Counted from the stretch's first letter, positions 9,894 through 21,810 are shown. The stretch is DNA of 40,823 nt from an uncultured Acidimicrobiia bacterium (GCA_964347285.1 CAYFYE010000008.1:1-40823); one strand, 5' to 3'. The notes: a model not told the origin generated them from the sequence alone. Translations and numbers: made by a program.

Positions 9894-10958
9894 ATGACCG
9901 CGACTTCGTCGAACTACGACTTCAAGATCCTTCGCCAGGTAGCCCCCGGCACCGAGCTACGTGAAGCCATCGAACTCATCATTCGCCAGGACACCGGCGC
10001 CCTCATCGTTCTCGGCGGGGGCGCCCAGATCGACAGCCTGAGCAGCGGCGGCTTTGGGCTGGAGCGGGCCCGGTTCACTCCGCAGCGTCTCGCCGAGTTG
10101 GCCAAGATGGACGGCGCCATCATCCTCGACGGTGAGGCGGAGCACATTCTCAAGGCCAACGTCCAGCTCAACCCGGACCCGGCCATCGAGACCGCCGAGA
10201 CCGGCATGCGCAACCGGACCGCCGAGCGGGTCGCCCTTCAGACCGAGCATCCGGTCATCTCGGTGAGCGAAGGCAGGGAGTCGGCCACCGTGTACACGGT
10301 CAACGGTAGATACGAGCTACAGAGCCCCACCGTGGTGCTCGCCCAGGCCAACCAAAGCGTCCAATCGTTGGAGCGTTTGCGGCGGCGTCTCGAGGAGGCG
10401 GTGGAGCGGCTCAGCCGGGCCGAGGCAACGGGCTCGGTCCAGGTGCACGACGTGATCGCTCCTTTGCAGCGAGCCGCCCTGGTGCGACGGCTCGGCAGGG
10501 ACCTGGACATCTACGCGGTGGAGCTGGGCGACGAGGGCCAGCTCCTTCGATTGCAGATATCGGAGCTGGTGAGCGGGGCCGATCATCTCATCGACCTCGT
10601 GTACCGCGACTACAGCGGCTCCAGGGCCAAGAGACCCGACGCATTGCGGGAGCTGGGGCGTCTTCCCCTCAGCGATCTGGCCGATCTCAATACGGTGGCC
10701 TCGGTCCTCGACCTAGGCTCCCTCGACGCCCACGTCCGCCCTCGGGGCAAGCGGGTCCTCGACGGAGTGCCCCGTCTCCCCGATTCCGTCGAAACGGCGC
10801 TGCTCGACCACTTCGACAGTCTCGAGGCGATGCTGGCGGCCGATGAAGCCGAGCTCGCCAAGGTGGAGGGTGTGGGCCGGGCCCGGGCCCGCCAGCTCCG
10901 TCGCTACTTCGACCGCATGCTCGACCTCACCCACCACCTGGCCATCGAAGAGGACTAA
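9894..10958 (+). CDS. disA: DNA integrity scanning diadenylate cyclase DisA
   Basis: APGT N-terminus, ELAKMDGA motif, C-terminal HhH (VEGVG); follows radA; RHR motif reads RNR. Confidence 0.92.
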   Translation: MTATSSNYDFKILRQVAPGTELREAIELIIRQDTGALIVLGGGAQIDSLSSGGFGLERARFTPQRLAELAKMDGAIILDGEAEHILKANVQLNPDPAIETAETGMRNRTAERVALQTEHPVISVSEGRESATVYTVNGRYELQSPTVVLAQANQSVQSLERLRRRLEEAVERLSRAEATGSVQVHDVIAPLQRAALVRRLGRDLDIYAVELGDEGQLLRLQISELVSGADHLIDLVYRDYSGSRAKRPDALRELGRLPLSDLADLNTVASVLDLGSLDAHVRPRGKRVLDGVPRLPDSVETALLDHFDSLEAMLAADEAELAKVEGVGRARARQLRRYFDRMLDLTHHLAIEED

Positions 10959-11050
10959 AAGACTCCGGTAGTGGGGTCCGGCTGCCGATACCAGGGCCAA
11001 GAGGAGTTGGCGCTCGTCACCGCATCGAGCGCGCCCGTAGGAGGTCAGAC

Positions 11051-12124
11051 GTGATCGTCGAGCTGAGCAGGCTCTTGGTGACGCTCACCACCACGGCCAT
11101 CGGATTCCAGTTAGGCCGGTCGGCAGTGGACTGGTTTCCGGCAATCACGACCGATGGCGACCTGACCACGATCACCGGAGCACTCCTCGGAGCCGGACTC
11201 GGATACGTCGCCGGCGGGGCCCTGGGACGGTGGGTGCGACACGGTCTGGACCGGGCCCCTCAACTCTTCGGCGGGGCTTCCGGGCCGGAACTGTTCGCGG
11301 GAGCCTTCGGGCTGATGGCCGGCCTCGCGGTGGGGGTGGTGGCCGCCATTCCCGTGGTGGTGCTGCTTCCGGCCGTGGCCGGCTGGCCGCTGGGCGCGCT
11401 GCTGGTGATCATCTCTTCCGCTTTCGGGGGCCGCTTGTTTGCGGCCCGCTCTCATGAGCTGCTCACTGCCGTCGGCCTGCGGAGCAGGGATCCGTTGCGA
11501 GCCGCCGCGACCCTGAATGCCGAGGAGGGGGGCACGAAGTACCTGATCGACTCGGCGGCCGCCATCGACGGCAGGATTCTCGAACTGGCACGCAGTGGGC
11601 TGATGGAAGGGGACCTACTGGTACCCGGCTTCGTGCTCGACGAGCTGCAGGGCATTGCCGACAGCAAGGACCGCAGCCGGCGTCGCCGGGGGCGCCGCGG
11701 ACTCGATGTCCTCGACTCGCTGCGCGACGTCTCGACCATCGGGTTCATGGTGCTCGACGATTCGGTGCCCGAGCATTACGAGGTCGATGCCAAGCTGGTG
11801 ACCCTGTCGATCCGTTCCAGGGCGGTGCTGGTGACCACCGACCACAACCTGGCGCGGGCCGCCGAGTTGCGGGGTATCACCGTTCTCAACCCGCACGCCT
11901 TGGGTGAATCGATGCGCCCGACGGTGATGGCCGGGGACGTGGTGAGCTTCGTCGTGGAGCGCGAGGGGTCCGGATCCGGCCAGGGTGTCGGATACCTGGA
12001 AGACGGCACGATGGTGGTTCTGGAAGGCGGCTCCGATCACATCGGCGAGGCGGTGACCGCCGAGGTTTCCAACAGCCTTCGCACCTCGGTGGGGCGACTC
12101 CTGTTCGCTAAGTTGCAGGTGTGA
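11051..12124 (+). CDS. Membrane PIN/TRAM domain protein (YacL-like)
   Basis: N-terminal TMs, IDSAAAIDGR PIN start, RGRRGLD, QGVGYLEDGTMVV TRAM motif; SD AGGAGG. Confidence 0.88.
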   Translation: MIVELSRLLVTLTTTAIGFQLGRSAVDWFPAITTDGDLTTITGALLGAGLGYVAGGALGRWVRHGLDRAPQLFGGASGPELFAGAFGLMAGLAVGVVAAIPVVVLLPAVAGWPLGALLVIISSAFGGRLFAARSHELLTAVGLRSRDPLRAAATLNAEEGGTKYLIDSAAAIDGRILELARSGLMEGDLLVPGFVLDELQGIADSKDRSRRRRGRRGLDVLDSLRDVSTIGFMVLDDSVPEHYEVDAKLVTLSIRSRAVLVTTDHNLARAAELRGITVLNPHALGESMRPTVMAGDVVSFVVEREGSGSGQGVGYLEDGTMVVLEGGSDHIGEAVTAEVSNSLRTSVGRLLFAKLQV

Positions 12125-12729
12125 CGTTCTGGGGCATCGTTGTGGCCGCCGGCCGGGGCCGGCGGTTCGGCACTCCCAAGCACGAAGTCTTCCTTGCCGG
12201 CAAGCCTCTGTGGCTGTGGGGTCGTGACGTGCTGGAGCGGGCCGGGGCCGAGGGGGTGGTTGTCGTTGGTCCGGTTCCCGACGGGGTGCCCGGAGGACCG
12301 AGAAGACGTGATTCGGTGGCCGCCGGCCTCCGCGAAGTACCCGAGGATGTCGAGGTCGTGCTCGTGCACGATGCTGCTCGTCCGCTGGCTTCGGTCGACC
12401 TGACGGCCCGGGTGTTGGCCCGGCTCGCCGAAGGGGATGCCGATGCGGCGGTGCCGGTCGTGGAAGTCACCGATGCCGTGAAGTCGGTCCACGGAGATTG
12501 GGTCGTCGAGGATGTCGACCGGTCGTTGCTCGTGGCCGCCCAGACCCCCCAGGGCTTTCGAGCCGGGGCGCTCCGTCGGGCTCATGCCTCGATCGAGGGC
12601 GATGTGCCCGACGACGCCGCTTTGATCGAGCGCGGCGGGGGAAGGGTGGCGATCGTGCCCGGAGAGCGCACCAACTTCAAGATCACCCACCCCGAGGACC
12701 TCGCGATGGCCGAGGCGCTCGTGCGATGA
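12121..12729 (+). CDS. ispD: 2-C-methyl-D-erythritol 4-phosphate cytidylyltransferase
   Basis: AAGRGRRFG..K, VHDAARP, QTPQGF, KIT.PEDL. Confidence 0.9.
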   Translation: MTFWGIVVAAGRGRRFGTPKHEVFLAGKPLWLWGRDVLERAGAEGVVVVGPVPDGVPGGPRRRDSVAAGLREVPEDVEVVLVHDAARPLASVDLTARVLARLAEGDADAAVPVVEVTDAVKSVHGDWVVEDVDRSLLVAAQTPQGFRAGALRRAHASIEGDVPDDAALIERGGGRVAIVPGERTNFKITHPEDLAMAEALVR

Positions 12730-13208
12730 GGGCCGGTCTGGGCCTCGACGCCCACCGCTTTGCCGATGTCGGACCGCTGGTGCTGGGGGGTGTGGTCGTC
12801 GAGCGCGAGCGGGGGCTGGCGGCCACCTCAGACGGCGATGTGCTGGCGCATGCGGTGGCCGATGCACTGCTGGGGGCGGCAGGACTGGGCGATCTCGGCG
12901 CTCACTTCCCGTCCTCGGATCCGCAATGGCAAGGCGCCGACTCGATGGCGATGCTGCGATCGGTGGTGGAGATGCTGGCCGAGACCCGTTTTGTTCCCGA
13001 GGCCGCCGATGCCACCGTCGTCTCCCAGTCGATACGGATCGCTCCGTATCGCGAACAGATGCGCTCCGCTCTGGCCGGGGTGCTGGGCGTGGCTGTGTCG
13101 CAGGTATCGGTCAAGGGCACCACGACCGACGGGATGGGTTGGATCGGTGCCGACGAGGGCGTGGCCGCCTACGCAGTCGTAACGATCCGGTCCCCGGAGA
13201 CCGGCTAG
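12726..13208 (+). CDS. ispF: 2-C-methyl-D-erythritol 2,4-cyclodiphosphate synthase
   Basis: [26 protein letters not shown]; true start ATG 12726 overlapping the ispD stop. Confidence 0.92.
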   Translation: MRAGLGLDAHRFADVGPLVLGGVVVERERGLAATSDGDVLAHAVADALLGAAGLGDLGAHFPSSDPQWQGADSMAMLRSVVEMLAETRFVPEAADATVVSQSIRIAPYREQMRSALAGVLGVAVSQVSVKGTTTDGMGWIGADEGVAAYAVVTIRSPETG

Positions 13209-13969
13209 GAGGTCTCCAGTCGGCCCTCGCTCTGCGGTCCGATTGCGTTTCTGATGACCCTCGGATCGTTGGTGATGACCCCGTGGATTCTGGCGGAGGC
13301 CAGTCGGCGGGCCTCGTCGGCGTCGTCGACAGTCCACGCGATAATCCACACCCCGGCCCTTGCGGCCGCTGCCGCAGCCTCCCGATCGGCTCCCGGAAGG
13401 AGCATTCTGTGGTGGAGGTGGACGGAGCGGTGCCCCGCCGCAGCGGCCGTCGCCACCGCCCCGAATGGTTCTAAGGAATCGACCAGCCACCCGGTGGCGA
13501 TCGACGGTTCGAGCCGGTGGATCCGCTCGATAGTGGCTGGGTTGAACGAGGAGACCAGGGTGCCGGCCGCCCAGCCGCCCTCGGACAGGAGGGCCAGCAA
13601 CTGGCCGGCCACCAGGTCGTCGGGATCCCAGTCTGGGTCGGCCGGAGAGTTCTTGATCTCGGCGTTGACCCACATCCCGGCGCAGGCCTCCAGAGCGGCT
13701 CGGAGCGACGGGATCCAAGGAGCTGCTTCGGCCAGCTCGGCGGCGCCGGCGTCCACTATCGCTCCGAGACCGGGGATTGCTGGATCGTGGTGGACCACCA
13801 GCACGCCGTCGGCAGTGCGACGTACATCGAGCTCGACGGCATCGGCGCCGTGGCCGGCTGCCAGCCGAAAGGCCTCGAGCGTGTTCTCGTGGCGGTGGGC
13901 GGAGGCGCCCCGGTGAGCAATGACGGCCGTGCGTCCGACGCGCATCGTCAGCGGAGCGAGGTGGTTCAC
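13205..13969 (-). CDS. Glycerophosphodiester phosphodiesterase (GDPD family)
   Basis: IAHRGAS, ENT, ELDV, EIK, WTVD, ITNDP motifs; start uncertain (GTG 13969 leaderless or ATG 13945). Confidence 0.88.
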   Translation of the reverse strand: MNHLAPLTMRVGRTAVIAHRGASAHRHENTLEAFRLAAGHGADAVELDVRRTADGVLVVHHDPAIPGLGAIVDAGAAELAEAAPWIPSLRAALEACAGMWVNAEIKNSPADPDWDPDDLVAGQLLALLSEGGWAAGTLVSSFNPATIERIHRLEPSIATGWLVDSLEPFGAVATAAAAGHRSVHLHHRMLLPGADREAAAAAARAGVWIIAWTVDDADEARRLASARIHGVITNDPRVIRNAIGPQSEGRLETS

Positions 13970-14009
13970 CTCCCTGAGGCTATCCGCCCGCTGATACCAT
14001 CGCCGGGCC

Positions 14010-15390
<1,381 letters not shown>

Positions 15391-15416
<26 letters not shown>

Positions 15417-16131
15417 GGTCGAGGGTTATCACGCCGTGGCGGCGGCAGTGGCCGCCGGCCGGGTGTTCGAGCTGGCGGTGGATCGCTCCCGCTCCACCGA
15501 TCCGGATGTAGCGGCGTTGGCGGCGGCAGTCGAGGAGGGCGGAGGGACCGTCCGGGTAGTCGCCGATCTGAGTGCGATGGCCTCCACCGAAGTGCCCCAA
15601 GGGGTGGTGGCCCACGCTCGCCCGATCCCGCTGGCCTCGCTCGAGGAAGCGGCCGCCGCCAGCGATCCACCGGCCCTGATCGTCCTCGATCATCTGGAAG
15701 ATCCCCGTAACGTCGGCGCCATCACCCGCTCGGCCGCGGCCGCCGGAGTTGGGGGCCTGGTGGTCGCTACTCGGCGGGCCGCCCCCCTGTCGCCGGCAGC
15801 GTTCAAGGCGGCGGCCGGTGCTTTCGAGAGCCTCAGCGTCGTCGCCGTCTCGTCGATCGCCGAAGGGCTCGCTCGCCTGGGGGACATGGGGATCTGGCGA
15901 GTGGGCCTAGAGCCGGGTGGCTCGCAATCGCTGTTCGGGCTGGAGCTGCTCACCGAGCCGGTGGCGTTGGTGATCGGGGCGGAGGGCAAGGGTTTGAGTC
16001 GACTGGTAGCGGAGCGTTGTGACGTGCTGGCCGCAGTCCCCCAGACCGGCACCGTCGAGAGCCTCAATGCTTCGGTGGCCGCCGCCCTGGCGATGTATGA
16101 GCTTTCCCGGATGAGGGGCTGGGTAACCTGA
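15391..16131 (+). CDS. rlmB: 23S rRNA (Gm2251) 2'-O-methyltransferase, TrmH/SpoU family
   Basis: DPRNVGAI.R, GAEGKG, ESLNASVA; follows cysS. Confidence 0.88.
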
Positions 16132-16138
16132 CGGGTGC

Positions 16139-16211
16139 GCCGGGTTAGCTCAGTTGGCAGAGCACTTCTCTTGTAAAGAAGATGTCACCGGTTCGATTCC
16201 GGTACCCGGCT
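16139..16211 (+). tRNA. tRNA-Thr (anticodon TGT)
   Basis: GCCGGGT/ACCCGGC acceptor stem, CTTCT-CTTGTAA-AGAAG anticodon arm, GGTTCGATTCC T-arm; CCA not encoded. Confidence 0.95.
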
Positions 16212-16280
16212 CGGGACTGCCCTTGTCCCTCGGGTCGCGAAATCCTTCTCTATTGCGCCTGGGGGCCATACCCTCGGGGC

Positions 16281-16517
16281 ATGCTCACGGAGCGCGACCG
16301 GCGCGTGCTGGAGTTCGAGCAGGCCTGGTGGACTTACCCCGGTCCGAAAGACCAGGCCATCAGGGACTACCTCGGAATGAGCGCCACTCGCTACTACCAG
16401 GTGCTGCGGCGCCTGATCGATGACCCCGAGGCTTTGGCCTTGGATCCGCTCACGATTCGACGGCTACGCCGGCTCCGTGAGGACGCGGCCCGCAAGCGGT
16501 TGGCACGCCTGAGTTAG
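16281..16517 (+). CDS. DUF3263 family protein (small HTH-like)
   Basis: LTERDRRVLEFEQAWW...KDQAIR...SATRYYQ.L..LID pattern typical of actinobacterial DUF3263; start ATG 16281. Confidence 0.85.
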   Translation: MLTERDRRVLEFEQAWWTYPGPKDQAIRDYLGMSATRYYQVLRRLIDDPEALALDPLTIRRLRRLREDAARKRLARLS

Positions 16518-16554
16518 GGCGATCCCGGACCGCCGGACGTACACTGCCCGTCCG

Positions 16555-17772
16555 ATGAGCGATCGACCCCGTCCCCAGTTGTTCGAAACGATCCGCAGGA
16601 TGGGGATCATCAGCTGGAGCATGGTGGGGGCACTGCTCCTCATCGGGATGGTCGTCTGGCTGCTGAGCAAGGTTTCCAACATCATCCCGGCAGTGGTGCT
16701 GGCGGCGGCCATCATCTACATCCTCAATCCGGTGGTGAGCTGGCTCCACGGTTTCCGAGTGCCCCGGCTCCTCGGGTCCCTCCTCGCCTACTTCGCCCTG
16801 GCCGGTGTGATCGCCCTGGCCGTTTGGCTGGCCATCCCACCGATCTCCGACCAAGCCCGAGAGCTGGGAGACGACTTTCCAATGATCTACGACGACCTGG
16901 CTTCCGACGCCGAGGGCTGGGTCGGCAATGTGGGCATCGACGTCGAGGTGCCTCGCTACGACGAGTTGCAGGACTACTTCGGCGACGCCACCAACGAGGG
17001 TGGATTCCTTTCTCTGGAGCGCCTCGGCGACGTCACGCTGACCGTCCTCGAGTTCGTGCTGATCCTGATCCTGGCGCCGGTTATCGCCTTTTACCTGCTC
17101 TACGACCTGCCCAAGCTCAAGGATCAGGTAGTCCTGCTCGTGCCCGACCAACACCGTGGGGAGTTCACCTATGTAACTCGCCAGTTGGGTCGAGCGGTCG
17201 GAGGCTTCCTGCGTGGCCAGCTGCTCGTGGCGCTGATCGTCGGCCTGCTCACCAGCTTCGGCTTTTGGGTCATCGACCTCCAGTTCTGGCTGCTCATCGG
17301 GATGATCGCCGGCTTTCTCAACATCATTCCGTTCGTCGGCCCCTGGGTAGGAGGCGCCCTCGGGGTGCTGGTGGCCCTGGCCACGGCCGATGCCACGACG
17401 GCGCTATGGGCGGCCATCGTGGCCGCCGCGGTTCAGCAGGTCGACAACCACTTCATCAGCCCTACCGTGCTTCGTTTCACAGTCCGCCTCCATCCGGCAA
17501 CGATCATCATCGCGCTGTTGATCGGGGGGACCGTCGGCGGCCTGCTGGGGGTGCTGCTGGCAGTGCCGGTGGTGGCGTCAATCAAGATCGTGGTCGGCCA
17601 CTTCTGGCGGACCCGGGTCCTCGGCCAGTCATGGGAGGAGGCGTCCGAGGCCCTGATCGAGGAGCACCCGACCGGGGAGACCCCGATCGTGCGCCGGCTC
17701 CGCGGCGAGGCCGAGGGTCCCGATGAGCCACGAGGGCCGCCCCCTCAGGCTGTTGCAGGAGGTGAAGAATGA
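16555..17772 (+). CDS. AI-2E family transporter (PerM/YhhT-like)
   Basis: YILNP, GFLRGQ, IPFVGP, LHP...LLAVP motifs; multi-TM. Confidence 0.9.
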   Translation: MSDRPRPQLFETIRRMGIISWSMVGALLLIGMVVWLLSKVSNIIPAVVLAAAIIYILNPVVSWLHGFRVPRLLGSLLAYFALAGVIALAVWLAIPPISDQARELGDDFPMIYDDLASDAEGWVGNVGIDVEVPRYDELQDYFGDATNEGGFLSLERLGDVTLTVLEFVLILILAPVIAFYLLYDLPKLKDQVVLLVPDQHRGEFTYVTRQLGRAVGGFLRGQLLVALIVGLLTSFGFWVIDLQFWLLIGMIAGFLNIIPFVGPWVGGALGVLVALATADATTALWAAIVAAAVQQVDNHFISPTVLRFTVRLHPATIIIALLIGGTVGGLLGVLLAVPVVASIKIVVGHFWRTRVLGQSWEEASEALIEEHPTGETPIVRRLRGEAEGPDEPRGPPPQAVAGGEE

Positions 17773-18479
17773 ATACCGAGGATCTCGCCGCCCGAGACGC
17801 ATACACGAGGGAAGCGGACGGCACCGTGATCGATTTGGCCCCGGAGGGGGTGGTGCTGGACCGCACCGTCTTCTACGCCCGCGGCGGCGGCCAGCCGGGC
17901 GATACCGGGCGCCTGGTGTGGCAAGGAGGCGAGGCACGGATCGTCGACACCTATCGCAAAAGAGGCGCTCACATCCACGAGATCGAAGGGGATCCGCCGC
18001 CGGTGGGCACCGCCGTCCATGGTGTGATCGACTGGGATCGACGCCATACCCTGATGCGTACTCACACCGCCCTTCACGTGCTCAGTGCCATCATCTGGCG
18101 GGACTTCGATGCCAAGGTGACCGGAGGCAACATGGAGCCGGGTACGGCCCGCATGGACTTCGAGCTCGACTCGATCTCGGTCGAGTTCGGGAAACAGGTC
18201 GAGGACGCTCTCAATGCCGAGCTGGACAAGAACCATCCGGTCGAGGTGAAGCTCGTGCCCCGGGCCGAGGCCCTCGCCGACCCCGATCTGATCCGCACCA
18301 AGGTGAATCTTATTCCGGATAGCGTCGACCCGATCCGCGTCATCGACATCGGGGACATCGACCGCCAGGCCGACGGCGGCACCCATGTCGCCAACACCGG
18401 CGAGGTGGGGCCGGTGCGGGTGGTCAGGACCGAGAGCAAGGGCAAGGCCAACAAGCGCATCAAGATCGAGCTGATCTGA
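17769..18479 (+). CDS. Free-standing alanyl-tRNA editing protein AlaX
   Basis: FYARGGGQPGD, MRTHTALH (HxxxH), DGGTH in place of CGGTH. Confidence 0.9.
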   Translation: MNTEDLAARDAYTREADGTVIDLAPEGVVLDRTVFYARGGGQPGDTGRLVWQGGEARIVDTYRKRGAHIHEIEGDPPPVGTAVHGVIDWDRRHTLMRTHTALHVLSAIIWRDFDAKVTGGNMEPGTARMDFELDSISVEFGKQVEDALNAELDKNHPVEVKLVPRAEALADPDLIRTKVNLIPDSVDPIRVIDIGDIDRQADGGTHVANTGEVGPVRVVRTESKGKANKRIKIELI

Positions 18480-18516
18480 CCGCGGCCGGCTGGGAGGATC
18501 GGCTAGGAGCCGGCGC

Positions 18517-20103
18517 TCATACCGACGGCCCCGATTTCAGAACGGCGTCGTCGACGCCCTCGGCGTATTGATAGAAGTTGTCTCGGAACATGGCTGCCAG
18601 CTGGCGGGCCTTGGCGTCGAAGGCGTCGGGGTCGGCCCACGTCTTTTTCGGCGTCAACACCTCTGCGGGGACTCCGGGCACTGCCTCGGGGATCAGCACC
18701 CCGAAGACGGGATCCTCCGAGTACTCGACGTTATCGAGCTCGCCGGCCAGGGCGGCGTTGAGCATGGCCCTGGTGTAAGGGATGCTGATGCGCTCGCCGA
18801 CGCCGAAGGGCCCGCCGGTCCAGCCGGTGTTGAGCATCCACACCCGGGGGCCGAACTGGCGGATCTTCTCTGCCAGCACGTTGGCGTAATAGGAGGGCGG
18901 CAGGGGCAGGAACGGTGCCCCGAAACAGGGTGAGAACGTGGCCTCGGGGTCGACGATGCCCCGCTCGGTTCCCGCCAACTTCGAGGTGTATCCACTGATG
19001 AAGTAGTACATGGCCTGTTCCGTCGAGAGGCGCGAGATCGGAGGGAGCACGCCGAAGGCATCGGCGGACAGGAACACCAGGTTGTTGGGATGCCCGGCCT
19101 GGCCCTCGAGTATCGCGTTGGGGAGATGGGCCAGCGGGTAGGAACAGCGGGTGTTCTCGGTCTTGGAGTCGTCGTCCCACTCGGGACGGCGCGACTCCTC
19201 GTTGATCACGACGTTCTCGAGGATGGTCTCGAATTTGTGAGCCGCCTGGAAGATCAGCGGCTCGTTTTCCTTGCTCAGCCGGATCGTCTTGGCGTACGAC
19301 CCGCCCTCGAAGTTGAAGATGCCGTCGATCCCCCAGCCGATCTCGTCGTCGCCGACCATGCCGCGCTTGGGATCGGTGGCCAGGGTGGTCTTGCCGGTAC
19401 CCGACAATCCGAAGATCACCGCCGAGTCGCCCTCTTCGCCCCTGGTGGCCGAGGCGTGCATGCTGAGCACGCCCTTCTTGGGCATGAGGTAGTTGAGCAC
19501 GGAGAAGACCGACTTCTTCATCTCCCCGGCGTACTTGCTGCCCCCGATGAGCAGGATTCCCTTGGAGAACGAGATGACGATGAACACCTCGCTGCGGGTC
19601 CCGTCGCGGGCCGGATCGGACTTGAAGTTGGGGGCGTGGACGATCGTGAATTCCGGCACGAACGGCTCGATCTCGTCGGGCGTCTGGAAGCGACGGGGGA
19701 GGATGAACATGTTGCGAGCGAACAGGCCGTGCCACGGGCTCTCGGTGATCGACCGCACCGGAATTCGATTGGCCGGGTCGGCGCCCACATAGAGATCCTG
19801 GATGTACAGATCTTGCTCGGAGAGGTACGCCGTCGTGCGTTCGTAGAGGGCGTCGAACACCTCGGGCTCCATGGGATGGTTGACGTCGCCCCACCAGATC
19901 TCCCCCTCGGTGTCCGGTTCGCGAACGACGTACTTGTCCTTGGGGCTCCTTCCGGTGTAGGGGGTGGTGTCCACGACGAGCGGGCCCTGGTGGGCCAGCT
20001 GCCCCAGGCCGGCCTTGAGCGTGTGCTCGTACAGCTCGGGGGTGGGAAGGTCCCAGAAGACCTTTCCCCGGGGACTGATTCCATGTGGCGTGAGATCCCG
20101 CAC
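18517..20103 (-). CDS. pckA: Phosphoenolpyruvate carboxykinase (ATP)
   Basis: [41 protein letters not shown] before GTG. Confidence 0.96.
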   Translation of the reverse strand: MRDLTPHGISPRGKVFWDLPTPELYEHTLKAGLGQLAHQGPLVVDTTPYTGRSPKDKYVVREPDTEGEIWWGDVNHPMEPEVFDALYERTTAYLSEQDLYIQDLYVGADPANRIPVRSITESPWHGLFARNMFILPRRFQTPDEIEPFVPEFTIVHAPNFKSDPARDGTRSEVFIVISFSKGILLIGGSKYAGEMKKSVFSVLNYLMPKKGVLSMHASATRGEEGDSAVIFGLSGTGKTTLATDPKRGMVGDDEIGWGIDGIFNFEGGSYAKTIRLSKENEPLIFQAAHKFETILENVVINEESRRPEWDDDSKTENTRCSYPLAHLPNAILEGQAGHPNNLVFLSADAFGVLPPISRLSTEQAMYYFISGYTSKLAGTERGIVDPEATFSPCFGAPFLPLPPSYYANVLAEKIRQFGPRVWMLNTGWTGGPFGVGERISIPYTRAMLNAALAGELDNVEYSEDPVFGVLIPEAVPGVPAEVLTPKKTWADPDAFDAKARQLAAMFRDNFYQYAEGVDDAVLKSGPSV

Positions 20104-20121
20104 TTCTACCTCCTCTTCCCG

Positions 20122-21012
20122 TTAGCCCGGGGGCCCTTCCCGGGTGTCCTCGGTCGACGCGTTCGTGTGCTCCGGCCCCTCGAGTGGTTCCCCGGCGGTG
20201 GCTTCGGGCGCCGCCTCGGGAAGCCCGGCGCCGCCGGCAGCGTCTTCGCCGGCCCCGTCGCCTTCTCCCATCGGCCCCGGGGTTTCAGCCGCGTACGAGG
20301 GAGTTCGCCCTCGGACCAACGTTGCCCCAACGATAACGACGGCAACAGCCGCGACGATGATGAGAATCCACGCCCAGGTCGGGAATCCACCGCCGCCACT
20401 GGGATCCGACTCGGCTTCGATCGTGAGTGTGTCGGCTCCGCCGAACAGCGGAACATCCCACTCGAGAGTGCCGTCTTCGAGGACCCGATCGGCGTTGTGA
20501 CGCCGGACGTCACCGGGCATGGCGATCTGGATGTGGAAGGAGAAGAACTCCGAAAAGGCCTCGGGATTGAAGCCTTCCAGACCTGCTGCTCCGAGATCCC
20601 CGAGAACGGCCAGAGAAACCGAGCCCCGCACGACGGCGTCGTTTTCGTCGACTCTGATCTCCACGTCCTCCAGCAGATTGTCGGTCTGATCTGCAAACGC
20701 ATCTTGGGCGGCCGCGATGTCGTCGAATGGAGCGCCGGCCTCGAAGTAGGTGAAGTCGCCTTCGGTGTATACCCGCTGCTGTGCCTCGGGGATATCGCCG
20801 AAGAAGCTGCTGCCCGCTCCGAAGAAAGCCTCCTCCGGGTCCTGGCCGGAAGACCGAATCAGCTCGAGGAACTCGTCGTCCAGGGCGATCTGGGCCACGA
20901 CGTTGCCCGAGCCATCTGCCCGGAGTTCGAGCTTGAGGTTGGCCTGCAGCTCACAGCCGGCACCCATCACGGCCATGAACACAGCCAGCGTGATCACGAG
21001 CCTGGGCCGCAT
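20122..21012 (-). CDS. LppM-like (DUF3153-type) lipoprotein with C-terminal TM anchor
   Basis: Lipobox GAGC, ADGSG, MPGDV..HNAD...LEW motif, TM helix and acidic tail. Confidence 0.7.
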   Translation of the reverse strand: MRPRLVITLAVFMAVMGAGCELQANLKLELRADGSGNVVAQIALDDEFLELIRSSGQDPEEAFFGAGSSFFGDIPEAQQRVYTEGDFTYFEAGAPFDDIAAAQDAFADQTDNLLEDVEIRVDENDAVVRGSVSLAVLGDLGAAGLEGFNPEAFSEFFSFHIQIAMPGDVRRHNADRVLEDGTLEWDVPLFGGADTLTIEAESDPSGGGGFPTWAWILIIVAAVAVVIVGATLVRGRTPSYAAETPGPMGEGDGAGEDAAGGAGLPEAAPEATAGEPLEGPEHTNASTEDTREGPPG

Positions 21013-21084
21013 CCCGAATCCTCGGTCCGTCGGCTCGCACTTTACGCCATCGCCGGGAACGCCGGTCCGCCATAGGCTGGCGGG

Positions 21085-21810
21085 ATGACCGATGAAGGAG
21101 CCGCCCTGCGGCGCGAACTCGTGCGGGCCTACGTCCCGTATGTGGAGGGCCGTCTGGTTGAACTCGGGCTACGACCACCGCCCGGTCTGGCAGAGAGTTT
21201 GGGGGAAGGTCGTCGCTGGCTCGACGAGGCCCTCGGAGAGCTCTTCGAGACGCCCTTCGTCGGACAGGTTCGATCTCCGCTCGAAGTTTTCCAGGAAGCG
21301 ATGCGGTTTCCGACTGAGGTGCTGGCGGGGGCGGTTGTTCCCGCCATCGAGCGTGACCCGGTGGAAGAAGCCGCCCTCCCGGGCGATCGCTATCGACTGG
21401 CCCCGGCCTCGTCCCAGGTACTAGGCGACCGCGCCTGGCGAGCCCATCTGGCCTGGGGTGCCGCCAAGGCCCGGGCTCTTCGGGCCGGGGCGGTCGTGTG
21501 GCTGGGATCGGATCTGATGGATCGTGCGCGAGTGGCGGCGGCGGTCGCCCGGACCGGTCGGCAGCTGGTGGCCGTCGCCGATGCCGACGCCCTTTCGAGC
21601 GCCATCGAAGGGGCAGGGCTGCTACTGGTCGACTTGACCCACCCTGAAGCCGGTACGGCGCTGGAGGCAGCTGCCGAGGCCGGACTGCACCCGGTGGCAT
21701 ACGGGCCCCATGTAGAGGTCGAGCGGCTCGCTTCGGCCCAGGAGCTGGGTGCAGTCGCCATGGCCCGGTCTGCTTTCTTCGGGCGCCTGGAGGATGCGGT
21801 ACGGCCTTAA
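21085..21810 (+). CDS. Hypothetical protein: uncharacterised N-terminal domain + atypical receiver-like C-terminal domain
   Basis: C-terminal DLMDR...LLVDL...AYGPHV...ARS.FF resembles a degenerate CheY fold; leaderless TAGGCT-N6-ATG. Confidence 0.65.
   Translation: MTDEGAALRRELVRAYVPYVEGRLVELGLRPPPGLAESLGEGRRWLDEALGELFETPFVGQVRSPLEVFQEAMRFPTEVLAGAVVPAIERDPVEEAALPGDRYRLAPASSQVLGDRAWRAHLAWGAAKARALRAGAVVWLGSDLMDRARVAAAVARTGRQLVAVADADALSSAIEGAGLLLVDLTHPEAGTALEAAAEAGLHPVAYGPHVEVERLASAQELGAVAMARSAFFGRLEDAVRP

Noticed and set aside
10964..10991. Third sigma-28-like promoter before the PIN/TRAM gene (GCCGATAC)
   Set aside because: -10 matches but -35 (TCCG) is poor; insufficient support
19090..21075. 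661-aa plus-strand ORF
   Set aside because: Antisense to pckA and the LppM-like gene; typical high-GC stop-poor shadow frame with no motifs
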